A DNA stretch of 63,840 bases, counting the filler, from Phoronis australis (taxonomy: Eukaryota; Animalia; Phoronida), in the NCBI GenBank assembly GCA_002633005.1. It is 9 parts of 9 records of this genome, joined end to end, with 100 filler letters (N's around TTAATTAATTAA, not from the genome) between each part and the next. Parts side by side here need not be neighbours in the genome. Positions count along the whole stretch, not along the records: positions 62,333 to 63,840 come from NMRA01000463.1; 8 more parts are not named here. One strand, given 5' to 3'. A model generated the notes under the pieces. The model was not told where the DNA came from. It saw nothing but the letters and a program-made list of their open reading frames with translations, and did not search any database. Position numbers and translations under genes: made by a program. Shown piece after piece: positions 62,475-63,840 of the stretch (position 1 is its first letter; each line of letters begins with the position of its first letter).

Positions 62475-63840
62475 ATAGACTGATTAATGAATTTGCGAGC
62501 GTGGTATTGACTGGGCAATACATTATTAAGAATTCAATTTAAGTGTATTTTCGAAGCTCATTTATTTTTGAAAAGCTCATTTCAAATGAGAAGATGTTTG
62601 AAATTCTCTCCAAAATTGACAGATTCGATTGGCACGAAAGAGGTAATGAACTATTGAATTCAAAGTCTTATTTGAACTGCTGATACGAACAAATAAACAC
62701 TTGAATTACATTGTTTTTAGGCCCTTTAATTCACACCTGTAGAGTTGGAGGGAATTCATTTTGTAGTTGTTCATACACGGCAATTTGATTTTAGAAATTT
62801 TAAATCCAAATTTGATGTATTGTTCTAAATAGTCATTTTGGCTACTACACTATACTTGCCATCTTGTGTAACCATACCACAGCTGAGTGTAGAACTTATA
62901 GCGGTAAACAAAAAACAATTGTGGATCAACTGAAATTTTCGGATATAATAACATCCTTTGTCAACAGAAACCGAAATAAAGTGAAATCAAACACTATATG
63001 GCAATTGCCATCTTATATATGGCGTAATGAGCATGGTACATTGTTGCGGAAGAAAGTAAAGGATGTAATTTAAAAATGTTCAACCCATTAGATTTAAGTG
63101 TGTTAAGGGCTTCTATCCATAATTGTTATCTTTTGAGTCTGCGAGGGGTACTGGAGTATTGGAGTTTATCTATTATTATTTGTGCAGGAATATCTTGACG
63201 TTGTTGTTTTTGGAATTGAAATAAATATCTATTTTTTCCGAAATTATTTTATGCATTATGTTAAGTCTACGACTGCGAATCCGAGTTTTAGATTATGTTG
63301 AGCTTGCCTTACGCATTAGTTCGAACGGTTTCTTCACGTTATTAAGCAAATATTATTGTTGGTGGTGCGGTCAGAATAATGTTCTTTTTCGCAATTTTAA
63401 TTGGTTTTAAAACACTGGACCATTATCGTTCATAAAATTACACAATTTGCATCCACATTTGCTACATTGTGTGTTGCCTATAGGTATGTCAATTTGGTTT
63501 TTGTTGTCGATGTTTGCTCTAACTAAATAATTTTTAGACTTTTACATTTTCTCCAAGAAATTATAGGTGGATGAGGAAATAAAAGCCAGTTCCAAATTCC
63601 TTAGTCAGCGTAATAATCCTGGCGTACCTACATCTTTTATCCCCTCTTTTCTTGTTAAACGCAAAATGTGTAACTTTACCAACGGCTATACTTTCTTCCA
63701 GTCTTCTCAAACCAATGAAACTTCGAAATGAAACACTATTCTGACTACACCAACAACAATATCATTTACATAATAACATGTAGACAATGTTAAGTCCAAT
63801 ACGTAAGACAATTTCAAAACAATCTACAAACTCGGTTTTG

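Noticed and set aside
62864-63073. 69-aa ORF, possible LINE tail
   Set aside because: No diagnostic motif that I can support.

Overview
AT-rich, repeat-dense animal (metazoan, probably marine invertebrate) genomic DNA with spliceosomal introns. It is not one contiguous locus: eight identical 100-bp spacers (44 N + TTAATTAATTAA + 44 N) join nine pieces, so linkage across spacers cannot be assumed. Host genes: the first two coding exons of PRMT7 (-) head-to-head with the first exon of IST1 (+), three internal SART3 exons, an intronless NAT8/Camello-like GNAT acetyltransferase plus a truncated duplicate, a decayed LRR-Ig-TM gene and the first exon of an MS4A/CD20-like membrane protein. Mobile DNA: an intact Merlin (IS1595/ISXO2-like) transposase, a Harbinger remnant and MITEs, hAT MITEs, two Kolobok-type TTAA elements in inverted orientation, Helentron-type (HINE) elements carrying ~150-bp repeat arrays, a large foldback element with a tRNA-like core, and LINE, DIRS-type recombinase and YqaJ exonuclease remnants. 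Most notable: the intact Merlin transposase gene is built like a replication-dependent histone gene (TATA box, very short leader, no intron, canonical histone 3' stem-loop 16 nt after the stop). A second, tandem pair of such stem-loops occurs at 52.85-52.9 kb with some shared downstream motifs. All family assignments come from motif recognition by eye; no database searches were run.
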